From the NCBI GenBank assembly GCA_039586795.1, contig JBDHJS010000061.1:1-17860 (forward strand): a DNA stretch of 17,860 bases, read 5' to 3'. This DNA is from Gemmatimonadota bacterium. Lineage in GTDB: Bacteria > Gemmatimonadota > Gemmatimonadetes > Palauibacterales > KS3-K002. A program made the position numbers and the translations under genes. Positions 1 to 8,831 of the stretch are shown piece by piece. The notes beneath the pieces were generated by a model. It made no database searches. It was not told the DNA's origin and worked only from the letters and a program-made list of their open reading frames with translations. The number at the start of each line of letters is the position of its first letter. The first letter of the stretch is position 1.

Positions 1-25
1 CGCGGCCCGGGGACGGGCAAGGTAG

Positions 26-113
26 GTAGGGGATGGGGAGTAGGGGGTTGGGGGTTGGGGATCATCTTCTGCACCCCCGGCCCGCCACCCTCTACCCCCT
101 ACCCTCATTCCCC
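26..113. repeat. Inverted pair of G-rich heptamer tandem arrays (imperfect hairpin; G-quadruplex-capable on + strand)
   Basis: + strand 26-60 reads GTAGGGG ATGGGGA GTAGGGG GTTGGGG GTTGGGG. Minus strand ~102-75 reads GTAGGGG GTAGAGG GTGGCGG GCCGGGG. It overlaps and follows the stop codon of the last visible operon gene. Confidence 0.6.
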
Positions 114-418
114 GGCTTCCGGGTGTAAATGGTCACGAATTTCAGTAGCGCTACCAGCTGACACTCGTCACAATCATCACCCACATCCTCACGCTGCACC
201 GGATCCGCACACACCTCGTAGCCCAGCTGCTCGTATAGCGCGATCGCCTCCTCCGCCCGGCGGCCGTCGGCTATGAAGCGGCGTTCCCAGCCATCGGCGA
301 GACGTTGTGGGTCGCCTTCCAGTACGCGCTCCGATAGGAGGCGCTTGGCTTCCTGCTCGACCAGCGGGCCGAGAGAAGCGGCCAGCTCGCGCTCGTCCCG
401 ACGATCGTCTTCGGTCAC
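92..418 (-). CDS. Uncharacterised acidic 108-aa protein with C-x12-C-x2-C motif, coupled to the reductase genes
   Basis: 3' part of ORF 92..853. GTG at 418-416 overlaps the TGA of the upstream gene (GTGA). Protein-like sequence (GWERRFIADG...LYEQLGYEVCADP...CDECQLVALLKFVTIYTR). Confidence 0.8.
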   Translation of the reverse strand: MTEDDRRDERELAASLGPLVEQEAKRLLSERVLEGDPQRLADGWERRFIADGRRAEEAIALYEQLGYEVCADPVQREDVGDDCDECQLVALLKFVTIYTRKPGNEGRG

Positions 419-1230
419 GCGGGGTTCGTCCCTTCCGCGGCCAGGCGGCTCAGTCGGCGCTGGCCCAGCACGGCGGCGCCGAACGCCGATGTGAACTGGA
501 CCAGGTCGTCTGGCGGTACATTGACCTCGGTGCCCAGTTCGTCCTTCACGACATCCGCCATGCGCTGGAAGCGCAGGATGCCTCCTATTAGAGTGAACTC
601 GGGTTCCATACGCACCCGCTTCATCAGCTGGACTGAGCGACCGACCAGCGAGACGATCGCGCCGTGCATGATGTCGGCCGGCGCTACGCCCTGCGACAGG
701 TGGTTGATCACCTCGGACTCGGCGAAAACGGCGCAGACGCCGGAGATCGGGATCGCTTCTTTCGACGTCGAGACGAGGGGTCCGATCTCTTCCGTCGTAT
801 AGCCCATGTAGCGGGCGGTTTTTTCCAAGAAGGCGCCGGTGCCGGCGGCGCATTTGTCGTTCAGTCGGAACGACTTCACCTTCGCGCCGTCGCCCAGCCG
901 GCTGGCCTTCATCGTCTGGCCGCCCACATCGAGGATCGTCCGCGTCTCCGGGAACATCAGCGTGGCTCCGCGAGCCGCCGCGGTGAGGTCGGTGACCTTC
1001 ACGTCGCTGATCTCGGCTTGATGCCGACCGAACCCGGTGGCGACGATGTAACGGACGTCCTCTCTCGATAGCTTCGCCTCACTAGCGGCGCGCTCGAAGA
1101 CTTTCTCCGCAACCTCAGTCAGCTTGAAGCCCGTCGGTTCCATGGCCCGACCGACAACCTCGTTCTGCTCGTCGACGATGACGGCTTTCGTGTAGGTCGA
1201 CCCCACATCGAGTCCGGCGGTATAGACCAT
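415..1230 (-). CDS. bcrD: Class I benzoyl-CoA reductase ATPase/electron-activation subunit (BcrD/BzdP-like; BadF/BadG/BcrA/BcrD family)
   Basis: ASKHA motif GLDVGSTYTK. [4Fe-4S] ligand motifs NDKCAAGTG and CAVFAESEV. TGATG overlap with the upstream gene. Subunit name is assigned from gene order and the degenerate motifs. Confidence 0.85.
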   Translation of the reverse strand: MVYTAGLDVGSTYTKAVIVDEQNEVVGRAMEPTGFKLTEVAEKVFERAASEAKLSREDVRYIVATGFGRHQAEISDVKVTDLTAAARGATLMFPETRTILDVGGQTMKASRLGDGAKVKSFRLNDKCAAGTGAFLEKTARYMGYTTEEIGPLVSTSKEAIPISGVCAVFAESEVINHLSQGVAPADIMHGAIVSLVGRSVQLMKRVRMEPEFTLIGGILRFQRMADVVKDELGTEVNVPPDDLVQFTSAFGAAVLGQRRLSRLAAEGTNPA

Positions 1231-2045
1231 CAGGAGCCCCTTTCCGTCTTCGCCGGAGCCCGGCTGGCCAGTATGTGATCGAGAGCGAACAGCGCCGCGC
1301 CCAGCGCGCCCATGAAGTGCGATTCCTCGCTCACGTTTACTTTCAGTCCCAACCGGTCGTTTAGTGTCTCGATCATGGCTACGTTGCGCGCCACGCCGCC
1401 TGTGAACGTCACTTCCTCTTCGATTCCGACCCGACGCAAAAGCCCAGCGGATCGCGCCGAGATCGACTGGTGAACGCCGAGCAGAATGTCCTCGATCTTC
1501 TTCCCCTTACCCAGCCAGGACAGCACCTCGGACTCGGCAAACACCGTGCACGTCGTGCTGATCTTCACCGGCCGCTCGCCGCGCAGCGCCACGCCGCCCA
1601 ATTCGCCCAGCGGGATATCCAGGGCGCTGGAGGCGGCACCGAGGAAACGACCCGTGCCCGCCGCGCACTTGTCGTTCATGCAGAAGTCGACGATCTCGCC
1701 TGTGGGCGCCACGCTGATCGCCTTCGTGTCCTGACCGCCCATGTCCACCACGGTGCGAGTGCCCGGGAACATGTGGACGGCGCCGCGGCCGTGGCAGCTG
1801 ATCTCGGTGATCTGCGTGTTGCCGAACGTCACCTTGTAGCGACCGTAGCCGGTCCCCACCACGTACTCGACCTCTTCTTCTCGCAGATCGCCGTCCTTCA
1901 ACGCCTCCTCAAACGCGCCCTGCGCCGCACGGATCACGTTGGCACCCGTCTCGGTGAGGGCTCGGCTGACGATCTCCTGGTCCTCGTTGATGACCACGGC
2001 CTTCGTCTGGGTGGACCCGACGTCCACGCCCGCTGCGTATGCCAT
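1230..2045 (-). CDS. bcrA: Class I benzoyl-CoA reductase ATPase/electron-activation subunit (short BcrA/BzdQ-like)
   Basis: [65 protein letters not shown]. Confidence 0.87.
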   Translation of the reverse strand: MAYAAGVDVGSTQTKAVVINEDQEIVSRALTETGANVIRAAQGAFEEALKDGDLREEEVEYVVGTGYGRYKVTFGNTQITEISCHGRGAVHMFPGTRTVVDMGGQDTKAISVAPTGEIVDFCMNDKCAAGTGRFLGAASSALDIPLGELGGVALRGERPVKISTTCTVFAESEVLSWLGKGKKIEDILLGVHQSISARSAGLLRRVGIEEEVTFTGGVARNVAMIETLNDRLGLKVNVSEESHFMGALGAALFALDHILASRAPAKTERGS

Positions 2046-2066
2046 AACTCTCCTCTTCCCTGGAAC

Positions 2067-3368
2067 CTACCGGGTGCCCGCCGCTTCCTGCTGCTTCCGG
2101 GCGGCCAGACCCTCGAAGAAGGCGTCGATGCGGTTCTTGAGTTGCGCTTCGGATACAACGCGACGATCCATCATGTCGGACTCGATGAACAGGCTGGGGA
2201 TGTCTCGCCCTTCCATCAAAGCACGACGACTGTCCGCCATCCCTGTTGACGTCGTCCGACAGCTCTTGATCGGGTGGTAGACGACCCCGTCCGCGTCGTA
2301 GTCGGTGAACATCTTGGCCAGGATCTCCGTCTGGAAGAACATGCTGTCCATGGCGTCGCGCACCCCGATCAGCACGCCCTCCGCCAGGCTGTCCAGCGGG
2401 TTCGTCAGATCGTACTGGAAGCCCAGGTTAGAGCCGCCGGATGCAAAGTACAGATACGTCGAGTTGACGAAGGTGCCGCCCCACTCGGTGAACAGCTCGG
2501 TGAAGCGGCGAAAGATGGGGTAGCACGGGACGCCGACGAACAGCAGACGGTACTTCTCGTCGACCAGCGTGCCGATGCCCTTGTCCCGCTTGTACTCCAT
2601 CTCTTCGACCAGGTCGTTGAAGTACCCGGCGCCCTCCGGAGACCCGCGCAGGCAGTTCGAGACACCGAGGTAGATCGTCCCATCGGAGAGCGCGTTGAAC
2701 AGCGACGGCCGCGATCCGTTCAGCTCTAGCACGCGTTGCCAGCCCAGGCTCATCGTGTTGGCATGCTGCATGTTCTCGCGCAGCCGATCGATGTCGAATT
2801 TGCTGCCGGTGACCTGCTCGCAGAGGCCGATCAGCTCCTTGATCTGCGCCGCAACGTAGCGACGGTCGTTCTCGAAGTCCGGATCTCCGGGCCAGGTCTG
2901 AGTCCCTGCCGCTCGTGTCCCCGGCACGTCCAGCGTGAAGATCGGGCAGTCGTACATGCGCTCCCAGATCTCCGCCCACTTGATGTACGTGTTGCAGGCG
3001 TTGGTATAGACCGCCAGCGACGGCTTGGGAATCCGCCCCATCGGCAGCTCTCCACCCCGCAGCTGCGTCGCCACGTCGGCCTTCACATATCCACAGATGT
3101 CCGGCGAGTAGCCGTAGTCCTCCGCCTCGTCGAGGTACTCGTGGGCGACGCGCCGCACCGCCGTCTGCAACGAGTTGATCTCCGGAAACACAACCGGCAG
3201 GTCGAAAGCGCTGAGCAGCTCGGTCATGCTACCCATCACGAAGACGTACGCCGCGCCGCGATCTTGCTCGGCACACTGGCTCAGCTCTCCGAACCAATCG
3301 CGGAATAATCGCGCGCCTTCTTTGTTGCCGCGCCCGACGATGGTGTCGTCTACTGCTGGGTTCGTCAT
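2067..3368 (-). CDS. bcrB: Class I benzoyl-CoA reductase CoA-ester-binding catalytic subunit (BcrB/BzdO-like; HgdA/HadB family)
   Basis: 433 aa with three cluster Cys (SPDICGYVKAD, NACNTYIKW, IKSCRT). Segments FPEINSLQ, KFDIDRLRE, EKYRL and FIESDMMDRR...KNRIDAFF parallel Thauera BcrB as recalled. RBS AGGAG. Confidence 0.88.
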   Translation of the reverse strand: MTNPAVDDTIVGRGNKEGARLFRDWFGELSQCAEQDRGAAYVFVMGSMTELLSAFDLPVVFPEINSLQTAVRRVAHEYLDEAEDYGYSPDICGYVKADVATQLRGGELPMGRIPKPSLAVYTNACNTYIKWAEIWERMYDCPIFTLDVPGTRAAGTQTWPGDPDFENDRRYVAAQIKELIGLCEQVTGSKFDIDRLRENMQHANTMSLGWQRVLELNGSRPSLFNALSDGTIYLGVSNCLRGSPEGAGYFNDLVEEMEYKRDKGIGTLVDEKYRLLFVGVPCYPIFRRFTELFTEWGGTFVNSTYLYFASGGSNLGFQYDLTNPLDSLAEGVLIGVRDAMDSMFFQTEILAKMFTDYDADGVVYHPIKSCRTTSTGMADSRRALMEGRDIPSLFIESDMMDRRVVSEAQLKNRIDAFFEGLAARKQQEAAGTR

Positions 3369-3382
3369 GTACTCTCCTGGGG

Positions 3383-4552
3383 CTAGTCGAACATCAAGTT
3401 TTCGACGAACGTCTCGAGCTGGATTTCCAGATGATCGAAGCTCGTCATGTTCTCCTCGAACTCGCTGACAAAGTACGGAACGTTCGCCTCATCGAGGGCT
3501 CGCGTATAGGCAACCTGCTCCTCCAACCCCGGCTCGCACATCTTGGCCGCCGTCACGATGGCCGCCTGTGCGCCCGAATCCTCGATGCGCTTCAACAGCA
3601 TCTTTTCTTTCGGCTTGCGAAGATCGTGCTGCACCGGGCTGTACGACGACGTCTCCAGGTAGGCCCGCGCCATGTTGAACAGCGGATCGCCATCGACGGG
3701 CACATCCTCCAGGATCCAGCGCAGGCCGATGAGCAGGTCGTCGTCCACCACATAGCACGAGCGACCGACGGCTCGAATGAGATCGAGGGGCGGCTGCTCG
3801 CAGAACCCGCCCTCGAACACCACGCGGATGCGGTCCTGCTGTTTCGCTTCCCTGTCCTCCAGCAGCGGCAACACTTCCGTGAGCAGCGCGTTGTGCTCCT
3901 CACGGGGGATAAGTCCGGCGATTGCCGTGAGCACGTAGGCTTCCTCCGCCGACACCAGCCACGGCGTATCCCGCTTCATGGCATAGAGTCGCCTGAGCAG
4001 AGCCCGATTCTCGTTGAACACCTCCAAAGAGCGGCGCAGATCATCGTCGCCGATCTCCCGACCGGCGATCTCCTCGATTCCCCGCTTCAGCCGTCCGTAT
4101 TCGTCCCGCAGGTATTCTGCGGCATGAGCCGAGTTTGCGTTCTGCGGCAGATAGAGGATCTGGCAGGGATACGAGAAGTTGCGGCCCCAGACCGCCGCCA
4201 GGTTGCGCGCCGCGTCGCAGATCGGGTGGGTCACGAACATCTCCAGCTCGACCTTCCCGCTCAGCGCCAGATCCAGCGATGTCTTGAGGATCGAGCAGAG
4301 GTACGAACCGAACCGCGAGTCGGCCTGTACCGGCTCGATCGGCGCGCCACGCACCTTGAAGGGCAGAAGCCCTGCCGCGTGGGCGATCTCTTCCGGGAAG
4401 TAGACCTGGAAGTGGCCGATCACTTTGCCGCCGCCCTCGCGCCAGCGCTTCACCGTCGGGAACTCGGTGTCCTCAAACAGCTCGCGACAGTGCCACAAGA
4501 TCTCGTCCAGCGGCTGGCCCTGCCACTCCGGGAAGACCCGCACCTGCGTCAT
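3383..4552 (-). CDS. bcrC: Class I benzoyl-CoA reductase subunit (BcrC/BzdN-like; HgdB/HadC family)
   Basis: [34 protein letters not shown]-terminal QLETFVE. Start placed at 4552 because of an ATGA overlap with the dch stop (alternative start 4564). Confidence 0.88.
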   Translation of the reverse strand: MTQVRVFPEWQGQPLDEILWHCRELFEDTEFPTVKRWREGGGKVIGHFQVYFPEEIAHAAGLLPFKVRGAPIEPVQADSRFGSYLCSILKTSLDLALSGKVELEMFVTHPICDAARNLAAVWGRNFSYPCQILYLPQNANSAHAAEYLRDEYGRLKRGIEEIAGREIGDDDLRRSLEVFNENRALLRRLYAMKRDTPWLVSAEEAYVLTAIAGLIPREEHNALLTEVLPLLEDREAKQQDRIRVVFEGGFCEQPPLDLIRAVGRSCYVVDDDLLIGLRWILEDVPVDGDPLFNMARAYLETSSYSPVQHDLRKPKEKMLLKRIEDSGAQAAIVTAAKMCEPGLEEQVAYTRALDEANVPYFVSEFEENMTSFDHLEIQLETFVENLMFD

Positions 4553-5307
4553 CGATGCTTCCATACCGACTCACGCTTCTCCAAGAAGGCCTGTAGCCCT
4601 TCGTTCGCATCCTCAGTCGCCATCAAATCCTTCACGTAGATCTTTCCGGCCTTGTCCATCGCGCTGGTCACGCTCGCTTCTATTCCGGCACGCAACGCCC
4701 GCTTGGTCATCCGCAAGGCCGCGGCGCTGTGCCGCGCCATGCGACTCGCCAGAGCGATCGCCTCCTCCTCCACTTCGCCATCCGCGACCACGCGTCGCAC
4801 GACACCCATTCGGGCCGCCTCTTCCGCGGTGATCGTATCGCCCGCCAGCACCAGCTCGGCCGCCAAACCCGGTGGACACAACTCCGGCAATAGCGCACAG
4901 GCCACCGGCGGGGACACGCCCAGCATGATCTCCGGTTGACCGAAAACGGCGCCTTCCCCGGCGATCACGATATCCGCCGCCTGCACGACCTCGAAGCCGC
5001 CGCCCAGGCAGCGCCCTCGTACGGCGGCGATTACCGGACTGGGGAAGTCGTAGATCGCTTTGACCGTCTCGATGAACTCCGGAATCATCTCCTTGTATTC
5101 CGGCGCCAAGTGCTCGCCGACGTCAGCGCCGGCGGAGAAGTGCTTGCCCTCCGCCATCAGAATCAGCGCGCGCAACGATTCCAAACCACCCAGCTCAGAG
5201 AGCTTCTCCCGCACACCGGCCATCACTTCTCGCGTCAGGATGTTGAGCGGCGGGTGGTTCAGAACCAACCGGCCGATCCCATCCTCGAACGATGCCTGGA
5301 CAGTCAT
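4549..5307 (-). CDS. dch: Cyclohexa-1,5-diene-1-carbonyl-CoA hydratase (crotonase family)
   Basis: [54 protein letters not shown], which are Dch/BzdW/BamR-like motifs, plus gene context. ATGA overlap at 5304-5307. Confidence 0.85.
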   Translation of the reverse strand: MTVQASFEDGIGRLVLNHPPLNILTREVMAGVREKLSELGGLESLRALILMAEGKHFSAGADVGEHLAPEYKEMIPEFIETVKAIYDFPSPVIAAVRGRCLGGGFEVVQAADIVIAGEGAVFGQPEIMLGVSPPVACALLPELCPPGLAAELVLAGDTITAEEAARMGVVRRVVADGEVEEEAIALASRMARHSAAALRMTKRALRAGIEASVTSAMDKAGKIYVKDLMATEDANEGLQAFLEKRESVWKHR

Positions 5308-5759
5308 GTGCTCACCCCGCTCGCTTTCGACCAAGTGGTCCCCGGCTGCTCGAGGCTATAGTACACCTTGATCTCCTCCGACTCATCGAAGATCTGAGGC
5401 ACGATCTGTAGCTCCATGCCGATCTCGATCTCGTCCTCGTAGATGCTGTCGCCAAACCAGGCCAGCGCTTTTCCACCTTCCTCCAGATCGACGACCCCCA
5501 CGATGTAGGGCACCACATCCTCGAACCCGGTGGGTGCTGCCACGATCTTGGTGTAAGTATCCAGCGTCGCTTTGCCGCTCAGCTCGAAAAACTCGAAGTC
5601 GCCGCTCATGCATTCCAGGCAGTCGGCCCGCGGTGGGAACGACGTGCTCCCGCAGCTCTTGCAGCGCGACGCCATCAGCTGGCCGTCCTTCAGGTATCGA
5701 GCGAAGTCGCTGACCTTGGTGTACGGCGTGTAGTTGACCTTCCCGAACCATTTGAACAT
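5304..5759 (-). CDS. DUF35 Zn-ribbon/OB-fold acyl-CoA-binding protein (thiolase partner)
   Basis: CKSCG-x4-PPRADCLEC zinc ribbon, then OB-fold signature (GKATLDTYT...PYIVGVVDLEEG...IEIGMEL). Directly downstream of the thiolase. Confidence 0.92.
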   Translation of the reverse strand: MFKWFGKVNYTPYTKVSDFARYLKDGQLMASRCKSCGSTSFPPRADCLECMSGDFEFFELSGKATLDTYTKIVAAPTGFEDVVPYIVGVVDLEEGGKALAWFGDSIYEDEIEIGMELQIVPQIFDESEEIKVYYSLEQPGTTWSKASGVST

Positions 5760-5762
5760 GAG

Positions 5763-6917
5763 TCAGTCCCTCTTCATGACCTGGACGAAGCAATACTGCC
5801 CGATGCCGCCCACGTTGTGAGTGAGGCCGATATCGGCGTCGGGAACCTGGCGATCCCCGGCTTCGCCTCTCAGCTGTTTGGCTATTTCGTAGGTCATCGA
5901 TACGCCGGTGGCGCCGATCGGATGACCCTTCGCCTTCAGGCCACCGTCGACGTTGACCGCGACCTTGCCGCCGATATAAGTCTGGTGCTCCGCCACCATT
6001 GGGCCGCCCTCGCCCTTCTTGCAGAAGCCCAGATCCTCGATCGCCATGATCTCGGCGATCGTGAAGCAGTCGTGTACGTCCGCGACTTTCACGTCGACGG
6101 GCAGCACGCCGGCCATCGAGTACGCGTCGGATGCTGCTTTTTCGGCGCTGGGCAGTCCAACGAGGCTCGGACGTCGCAGCACCGACATGCTCGCCGTCGC
6201 CACGCCCATGCCATCCAGCCAGACCGGCTTGTCCGTCATCTCCTTCGCCCGGCCTTCGCTGGCCAGGATGACGCAGGCCGCGCCGTCGGCGTTGGCGCAG
6301 CAGTCATAGACCTGGAACGGCGTCGCCACCTCCTCCGACGCTGCCGCCTTCTCCTTCGTGATCTCTTTCCTGAACAGCGCGTACGGATTCATCGCGCCGT
6401 AGTGGTGGTTCTTGATCGCCACTTCGGTCAGCTGATCCCGGGTCGTGCCGAACTCGTGCATGTGCCGCTTGGCAAACATGGCGTAGTAGCCCGGGAACGT
6501 CGTCCCGAAGCCCGACTCCCACTGCACCTCGCCGACCCGCCCCATCAGAGCGAGGATCTCGGCCGTCTCCAGCTCCGTCATCTTCTGGCAGCCGATGACC
6601 GCGACCACGTTGTGCACGCCTGCCTTGATCGACATCCACGCGGTGCGCATCGCCGCGCTGCCCGAAGCACAGGCGACCTCGGTCAGCCACGTGGGCTTGG
6701 GTACCAGGCCCAGATACTCCTGCACGACGCCCGCCATCGAGCGCTGCTTGTGGTACTCGGGAACGGCGCCGATAACCGATGCATCGATGGCGTCCCGGTC
6801 GATCCCGGCATCCTTGATCGCGTCACGGAAGGCCTCGAAGGCCAGTTCCTGAACCGTCGCATCGCTGCGCCGACCGAAGACGCCATGTCCAATCCCGACA
6901 ATTCCGACTCTAGTCAT
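5763..6917 (-). CDS. SCP2-type/archaeal-type thiolase (acetyl-CoA C-acyltransferase); candidate 3-oxopimelyl-CoA thiolase
   Basis: EVACASGSAA (catalytic Cys), VHDCFT, KGHPIGATG, HNVGG. Start placed at ATG 6917 (MTRVGIVGIG), 13 nt after the SDR stop. Substrate is inferred from context. Confidence 0.9.
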   Translation of the reverse strand: MTRVGIVGIGHGVFGRRSDATVQELAFEAFRDAIKDAGIDRDAIDASVIGAVPEYHKQRSMAGVVQEYLGLVPKPTWLTEVACASGSAAMRTAWMSIKAGVHNVVAVIGCQKMTELETAEILALMGRVGEVQWESGFGTTFPGYYAMFAKRHMHEFGTTRDQLTEVAIKNHHYGAMNPYALFRKEITKEKAAASEEVATPFQVYDCCANADGAACVILASEGRAKEMTDKPVWLDGMGVATASMSVLRRPSLVGLPSAEKAASDAYSMAGVLPVDVKVADVHDCFTIAEIMAIEDLGFCKKGEGGPMVAEHQTYIGGKVAVNVDGGLKAKGHPIGATGVSMTYEIAKQLRGEAGDRQVPDADIGLTHNVGGIGQYCFVQVMKRD

Positions 6918-6930
6918 ATTTGCACCATCC

Positions 6931-7680
6931 CTACATGTACTGGCCGCCGTCGATCTTGATGACCTCACCCGTGATGTGCCGTGCCCGATCGGAGCAGAGG
7001 AACGCCACGATATCGGCGCACTCCTCCGGCGTCGCGAACCGGCCCAGCGCCGTCTCGTCCATCGCCTTGGTGAGGAACTCGGGAGGTATACTCTCGGCCA
7101 TCTCCGTCATGACCATTCCAGGCGCCACGGCGTTCACGTTGACGTTGAACTTGCCGAGCTCTCGGGCCAGCGACTTGCTCATAGCGATCTCGCCGCCCTT
7201 CGATGCCGAATAGTTCACCTGCGCGAACTTGCCACGCATCCCGTTGATCGAGGAGATGTTCACGATCTTGCCGCCTTTCTGATCCTTCATCACCTGGGCG
7301 GCCGCTTTGTTGTAGTTGAAGTAGCCCTTTAGGTTCACGTTGATCACCGTGTCCCACTGCTCTTCCGACATCTTCCAGATCACACCGTCCCAGTTGATGC
7401 CGGCGTTGCAGACCATGATGTCCAGACGGCCGAACGTCTCGACCACCGTCTTCACCATGTTCTGGGCGTCGTCGTAGCTGCTCACGTCGGCCTTCACCGC
7501 CAGGCCTTTACGGCCCATCGCTTCGATCTGGCGAACCACTTCGTTCGCCTCGGTGTCGTGGCGGCGGTAGTTGATGGCGACGTTGCAGCCTTCCCGCGCG
7601 AGGCCGAGCGCGATGGCAGACCCTATGCCAACGCTGCCTCCCGTGACTATGGCGTTCTTGCCTTCCAATCCCAGATCCAT
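6931..7680 (-). CDS. Short-chain dehydrogenase/reductase, FabG/PhaB-like; candidate 3-hydroxypimelyl-CoA dehydrogenase
   Basis: TGGSVGIG, CNAGI, NISSING, NYSASK (YxxxK), VNAVAPG, ITGEVIKIDGG. RBS GGGAG. Confidence 0.9.
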   Translation of the reverse strand: MDLGLEGKNAIVTGGSVGIGSAIALGLAREGCNVAINYRRHDTEANEVVRQIEAMGRKGLAVKADVSSYDDAQNMVKTVVETFGRLDIMVCNAGINWDGVIWKMSEEQWDTVINVNLKGYFNYNKAAAQVMKDQKGGKIVNISSINGMRGKFAQVNYSASKGGEIAMSKSLARELGKFNVNVNAVAPGMVMTEMAESIPPEFLTKAMDETALGRFATPEECADIVAFLCSDRARHITGEVIKIDGGQYM

Positions 7681-7721
7681 GCCTAACGCTCCCTATCGCT
7701 CTCTGGCTTCATGCGACGAGC

Positions 7722-8816
7722 TCACCCCTCTTGCTGGTACTGCGGCGAGATCGCGCGAATCAGGTCGTCGTCCCACGGGTGGCCATCGGCCAGCAGTTGG
7801 CGCAGCTTGATGAAGTCCACCTCGCGTTTGCCTTTCGGCCCCTCGTTGAAGGCCCGGAAACCAGCCTTCGCTTCAGTCATCATGTTGAGGGCCAGCCACT
7901 CGCGGTTCGTCACATTCGTGTTGTCCCAATGCCACTGCTTGTGCTTGCGCAGGCCGTTTACGGTCTTCGAGACGCAGTCCGGCATCAGCATCAGGATCTT
8001 TGTGCACAACGCTTCCACCGCCTCATCCAACCTGCTGAGGTCAACCTCCGCTTTGCCCATAACTTCCTTGGCCGCATCCTTTTCGGCGCCTGTCTTGTAG
8101 TCGCCGTACACGATGTTGCCGAAGTCGTCCAGGAAGCGGTCCGTGATCACCATCGGGTTGGGGATCCACTCGCCGTCGACCTTGAGGACCGGTGCGATCT
8201 CGCTCAGCAGCCCCAGGTACATCGCCTTGTGAGCGCTCCACGTCTCGCATAGGATGCCGCTCTCCATCGCCCGCGTGAAACCGACATACAAGGGCAGGAA
8301 ATCGGTGGAACCGCCGTCCGGCGCCGATCCATGCTTGGGACCCGCCTGTCCAAAGCGCGCCGTGTCGGCGGAGACGCTGAAGTCGCACGCCATGCCGATC
8401 TCTTGACCGCCGGCGATGCGCATCCCGTTCACCCTGTTGATCACGGGTTTGTCGCAGCGCAGGATCGAGTCGATCATGTCGTTGAACAGGCGCATGTACT
8501 GCTTATACTCCTGCGGATTGCCGGCGTAGTACTCGGCGTACTCCTTGGTGTTGCCGCCGGTGCAGAACGCCTTGTCGCCCACCGCCGTGAACACGCAAGC
8601 GACGACGCTACGGTCCATGCTGGCTTGGCGGAACGCGAGGATCACTTCCTTCACCGCGTCGGTGGTATAGCTGTTGAACTGTTTCGGGTTGTCTAGCGTA
8701 ATCCAAGCGTTGTACAGCCCCTTCACCGGCGCGCCGCCCGGGTCGAGGGCCGGTTTCAGCTCATACTGGATCTCCGTGAACTTCTGCTCGGGAACGAGCG
8801 TGTGGCTATTCAACAT
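7722..8816 (-). CDS. oah: 6-oxocyclohex-1-ene-1-carbonyl-CoA hydrolase (Oah/BamA/BzdY)
   Basis: Hallmark segments LDNPKQFNSYTT, FCTGGNTKEYAEYYAGNPQEYKQYMRLFND, FGQAGPKHGS, WLALNMMTEA. ATG 8816 follows a GGAGG RBS. Confidence 0.96.
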   Translation of the reverse strand: MLNSHTLVPEQKFTEIQYELKPALDPGGAPVKGLYNAWITLDNPKQFNSYTTDAVKEVILAFRQASMDRSVVACVFTAVGDKAFCTGGNTKEYAEYYAGNPQEYKQYMRLFNDMIDSILRCDKPVINRVNGMRIAGGQEIGMACDFSVSADTARFGQAGPKHGSAPDGGSTDFLPLYVGFTRAMESGILCETWSAHKAMYLGLLSEIAPVLKVDGEWIPNPMVITDRFLDDFGNIVYGDYKTGAEKDAAKEVMGKAEVDLSRLDEAVEALCTKILMLMPDCVSKTVNGLRKHKQWHWDNTNVTNREWLALNMMTEAKAGFRAFNEGPKGKREVDFIKLRQLLADGHPWDDDLIRAISPQYQQEG

Positions 8817-8831
8817 GACGTGTCCCTCCAC

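Noticed and set aside
419..853. 5' extension of the 253-aa ORF 92..853
   Set aside because: It overlaps bcrD out of frame and is Arg-rich low-information sequence. The GTGA-coupled start at 418 is more plausible.
415..4552. Reading the four genes as a 2-hydroxyacyl-CoA dehydratase plus activator
   Set aside because: There are two different activator genes, BcrB/BcrC-like motifs, and direct coupling to dch within a had/oah operon. This favours an aryl-CoA reductase.
3431..6959. Long + strand ORFs (3431..4639, 5817..6959 and similar)
   Set aside because: Antisense shadows of well-supported genes, expected from high-GC codon bias, with no recognisable motifs.
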